In this document: one piece after another, positions 60,761 through 64,000 of the stretch | Numbering within the stretch: position 1 is the first letter of the stretch | How the letters are laid out: every line of letters starts with the position of its first letter | Origin: a virus | DNA length: 64,000 nucleotides | Virus record (IMG/VR): IMGVR_UViG_3300042294_003292 | Span: 1-64,000 of that record | Direction: 5' to 3' (one strand) | Notes under the pieces: generated by a model | The model's database searches: none | What the model was told of the DNA's origin: nothing | The model's input: the letters and a program-made list of their open reading frames with translations, nothing else | Position numbers and translations under genes: made by a program

Positions 60761-61687
60761 TTACTTTGAGCTAATTAGCTTTACCTTTGCACGTGGGAAC
60801 TTCTTGTTCCACTGCTTTGCAAGACCATTGTACTTCTTGCGATTATCTACAGCCTTTGCCTCAGCAGCAGCAAGCTTTGCCTCAAGGTCAGCCACCTTGG
60901 CATCTAGCGCTGCTACCTGGCCAGCAAGGTCTGCAACGGCAACTGTAGAAATAATCTCAGTTACTGGCTTTGCAAGACCTGCGACAGCAGATGCAGTAAT
61001 GGTGTTTGCAATAACTGTTGAACCTGCAGTTGCAGGAGCAGTTAGGGTTGCTTCATAGCGCTTGTCAGTTGCATCATATGAGAACGATCCAAGCGTACCA
61101 CGAATTACCGTAGAGGAAATTGTTGCATTTGTTACAGCATTTCCAAATACGTCTGTTACTGTTGCAGTAACTTCAACTGCAGCCCCAAGGTTTGCAACAT
61201 TTGGCGCAGCTACCGCTAGGTTATATGCAGCACCAGCGTTACCCTTAACGTAGTAAACGGTAGTAGCATTGTCTGCAGTTACCGATACTGATCCAGTTAG
61301 AGTAGTAGTGGTGTATACATAAACGTCAGCAGTGGTTCCAGTCCCAGTCGGGATTGTTGCCGAAGCTGTTCCCGCATCTGCCTTAACAGTAGCGGAGCCA
61401 GATGTAATTGAAGTAACTACCTTGGCATTCGTAGCAGATACTACAACATTGCTTCCAGCAGTTAGGCCAGACAAAGCGATGCGCAAAACATCAGCAGAGT
61501 CTACGCTGTTGTCAGCTGGCACTGGGAGAGCAATAGCAGTTGCAGAGGAAGTACCAGTTGTAGCAGGAGCAGAACCAGCAACAGTTAGTGCTGTGGTTGC
61601 TGCATTAGCAGGAACAGCCAAAATAGCTGTAGCTGCAAGCGCTACTGCAGATGCAATAGCAATAAATGGCTTCTTTAGTGAAGTCAT
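60761..61687 (-). CDS. Secreted Ala/Thr-rich Ig-like surface protein
   Basis: Signal peptide (..PANA), VTATVTDVFGNAV Ig motif, C-terminal coiled coil and basic tail. Confidence 0.65.
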   Translation of the reverse strand: MTSLKKPFIAIASAVALAATAILAVPANAATTALTVAGSAPATTGTSSATAIALPVPADNSVDSADVLRIALSGLTAGSNVVVSATNAKVVTSITSGSATVKADAGTASATIPTGTGTTADVYVYTTTTLTGSVSVTADNATTVYYVKGNAGAAYNLAVAAPNVANLGAAVEVTATVTDVFGNAVTNATISSTVIRGTLGSFSYDATDKRYEATLTAPATAGSTVIANTITASAVAGLAKPVTEIISTVAVADLAGQVAALDAKVADLEAKLAAAEAKAVDNRKKYNGLAKQWNKKFPRAKVKLISSK

Positions 61688-61705
61688 GGTTGTGTTTCTC
61701 CTTAT

Positions 61706-63481
61706 CTATATTAAGTCAAACTGACTCAAATAATCTTCTAGATCTTTATTAGAAGGTTTATATTGTATCACGTTAGACCTATCCTTGTCAATGCTGTCTT
61801 TAGGCCTTTCCTTAAAGGTGTGAATCTCAACCTCTTCGTTAATGTTACGTGGCGTATGAGATATGGCTCCAAATATGGCACCGCAGACGGCATCTGCCAA
61901 GTCTTTTGATTTTTTGCGTGGGTGGTCTACCTTATTATTATTCATAATCTTAAGCTCAATAAGCTCTTCGTAAAGAAGATCAATCATTGGCATTGCCAAC
62001 CTTTCCTCATAAATTAGCATGGCCATGTCTTCATAATGCTTTTTACCAACAGAAACAGTATCAGTTCTCATTCCTACTGATTTTAACTCATTCTGAATAT
62101 CAAAGGATTGCCAGCGGTCAAATGAGACCATCCCAATATTAAATCCAATTCTTCTAAGGTTTTGTATCCATTGCTTAACTTCTGATAAATTAACTGGACC
62201 CTCTGCCCTTGGCTCCCACCAGGCTACGGCATCGACAACTACGACTGGAGCAATCTGCTGATAGTCTTTAATAATTTGAATGTTGACCCACTTATCTACG
62301 TGAGCGATTGCAACAGCACACTTGTCATGTTTCTGCGCAAGGTCAGCATGAACATAATAGATTTTGTCTGGGTCTGGCACGAAGGTGTCTTCAAACCTTC
62401 TGATAAAGTCTAGTGGGTTTCTAATGTTCATAGCAGATCGTACCTTTTCTACCTGCTTAAAGAATCTATCAGAAGAGAATGTTGGAACGCATGCAAAGCG
62501 TTGCATAGCATCACCCATATCTGTAAAGAATGCTAGCTTAAAATCATCAATCTTACGAGTAGGGTTGACCTCCCAGGTTGGTCTTTTTAGGGCAAAAACA
62601 TTTGGATACTTATATGAAGAAATCTGATCCTCGTCCCACTCAATAGTCATAGAGTTTCCGTCAGAGTCTGTAGGCAAATCTGGATTTAATATAAAAGTGT
62701 GGGTCTTTGTAACAACTTCTTTTTCTGCAATTACAGCATCATACCTTGCAGAGATAAAGTCTCCAGGGTATCTTGGGAACGATAGAAGCGCTACCTTTCC
62801 AAGGTCTGGGAAACGAGAGTCTACTGATGCACGGAAGGCTTTATAGATGTTATCCGCTGTTTTACCCTGATCATTGCCAGTTCCAATTTCAGTAGCAAAT
62901 CCAGAGATCTCGTCAAGTACTGCAAGAATAAGGTTAAGACCTTCATGTGACTCTCTCTCTGAGTGACCTGAGTATACTGTAATGGATTTATCAAACTCAA
63001 TGGATTCTGCTTTTGCATAAAACTTTCCCGCAAACCAGGAAGATTTCTCAATCTTTGTCTTAAAGCCTTTAAAGAATACATTCTTCGCCTGTTGTGCGTT
63101 GATCGCAACGTTAATGATATCAATGGCATCACCACTAGGCTTACCAAAATACCGTGCAGGATCTTTAAGGCAAAGAAGCTTGTACACAATATAGGCACAA
63201 GCAACCGTGGATGTGAAGTCTTTTCCTGAACCCTTGCCCAGCTGGAGAATAACCTCATTCTTTGTATACTTTTTGTAGTATCTTCTTCCATCTTCATCTC
63301 CCATTAGCTCAATCAAATCTTCTAACTTATAGATTTGACTCATTGCCTCTACAATGTCGTACTGAATTGGCGACAGTGGGGGCTGATTTAAAAAGTTTTC
63401 ACCCTCGACAAAAGTCTTGGCGTCTACAGGACGCTCTTCAAAATTATCAGACTTAAGGGCTTCTAAAAAATCATCAAACAT
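61706..63481 (-). CDS. Terminase large subunit
   Basis: LGKGSGKD Walker A, LAVLDE Walker B, HADLAQ nuclease motif, FDRWQS, KDLADA. Confidence 0.9.
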   Translation of the reverse strand: MFDDFLEALKSDNFEERPVDAKTFVEGENFLNQPPLSPIQYDIVEAMSQIYKLEDLIELMGDEDGRRYYKKYTKNEVILQLGKGSGKDFTSTVACAYIVYKLLCLKDPARYFGKPSGDAIDIINVAINAQQAKNVFFKGFKTKIEKSSWFAGKFYAKAESIEFDKSITVYSGHSERESHEGLNLILAVLDEISGFATEIGTGNDQGKTADNIYKAFRASVDSRFPDLGKVALLSFPRYPGDFISARYDAVIAEKEVVTKTHTFILNPDLPTDSDGNSMTIEWDEDQISSYKYPNVFALKRPTWEVNPTRKIDDFKLAFFTDMGDAMQRFACVPTFSSDRFFKQVEKVRSAMNIRNPLDFIRRFEDTFVPDPDKIYYVHADLAQKHDKCAVAIAHVDKWVNIQIIKDYQQIAPVVVVDAVAWWEPRAEGPVNLSEVKQWIQNLRRIGFNIGMVSFDRWQSFDIQNELKSVGMRTDTVSVGKKHYEDMAMLIYEERLAMPMIDLLYEELIELKIMNNNKVDHPRKKSKDLADAVCGAIFGAISHTPRNINEEVEIHTFKERPKDSIDKDRSNVIQYKPSNKDLEDYLSQFDLI

Positions 63482-64000
63482 CGTTATGGACCACGGTGAT
63501 AACTTCTTGCTGCTTAGACACCGTAGAAAGCCTTCTCATAATCTCGTCTCGCACCTCTGGGTGCTCTGCAGCAATATCTCTTAGGATGCCCACTAGAATT
63601 TCCTGCTTTCTTTCGATTTCCAGCATTTCTTCTGCAAGCTCTTTGTTTTCTAGCAGTCCCGCTTTTTGAAGCATATCAATTCTTTTTGACTCAATGTCTA
63701 GCACTAGCTTAATTCCAGCGGTCTTTGATGGGAGATTTGCGGTTGTAGTAGCCTCATCAATAACCTCATAAGCCTTTTGAATTAATTTATTATAATGAGC
63801 ATCTGCACCAACTAGTGCCTCTTTTGCCCGTGCACGAATCAACGCATTGTCAGCAGCCATTGCTCTCCACTCATTAATGTGGTTCACAACTTTTTGCCTA
63901 GGCAAATTTAATTCTTTAGAAATCTGAGTTGGCTCATTACCTGCCAGGTACTTCTCGACAACCTTGTTTACTTCATCAAGGTGTGCAATAGTCAAGTCTT
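63474..64000 (-). CDS. Putative terminase small subunit (5' end may lie outside window)
   Basis: N-terminal HTH-like region, helical, coupled to terL. Confidence 0.55.
   Translation of the reverse strand, partial: DLTIAHLDEVNKVVEKYLAGNEPTQISKELNLPRQKVVNHINEWRAMAADNALIRARAKEALVGADAHYNKLIQKAYEVIDEATTTANLPSKTAGIKLVLDIESKRIDMLQKAGLLENKELAEEMLEIERKQEILVGILRDIAAEHPEVRDEIMRRLSTVSKQQEVITVVHNDV

Overview
A 64-kb, AT-rich segment of a large tailed phage, very likely infecting freshwater Actinobacteria (WhiB, class Ib RNR nrdIEF plus nrdH, an MSMEG_6728-like glycosylase, and many leaderless genes behind TGnTATAAT-type -10 boxes). Layout: (1) 1-4.6 kb, an operon of 2OG-Fe(II) oxygenases and DUF6065-like genes; (2) 4.7-19.3 kb, minus-strand tail-fibre/baseplate-like genes, including two different proteins ending in the same (Pro-Pro-Phe-Phe)n-GCPPRC tail; (3) 21.4-32.7 kb, a co-oriented module of small genes that looks like an early/host-takeover region and is dense in repeated non-coding motifs; (4) 33-64 kb, accessory, lysis and metabolic genes (M23 peptidases, Hsp20, WhiB, KatG, SpeD, RNR, 5 tRNAs, terminase). 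Most promising novelties: a 27-nt H-type RNA pseudoknot present in five copies with compensatory base changes; hairpins whose loops are complementary to the ribosome-binding sites of the phage's own early genes; 18 copies of an AATGTC-N12-TAnnnT promoter plus a separate spaced motif that may be an antisense promoter; and the PPFF-tail proteins beside a hydroxylase cluster, a candidate protein/peptide modification system. All product calls come from motif recognition by eye; no database searches were run.
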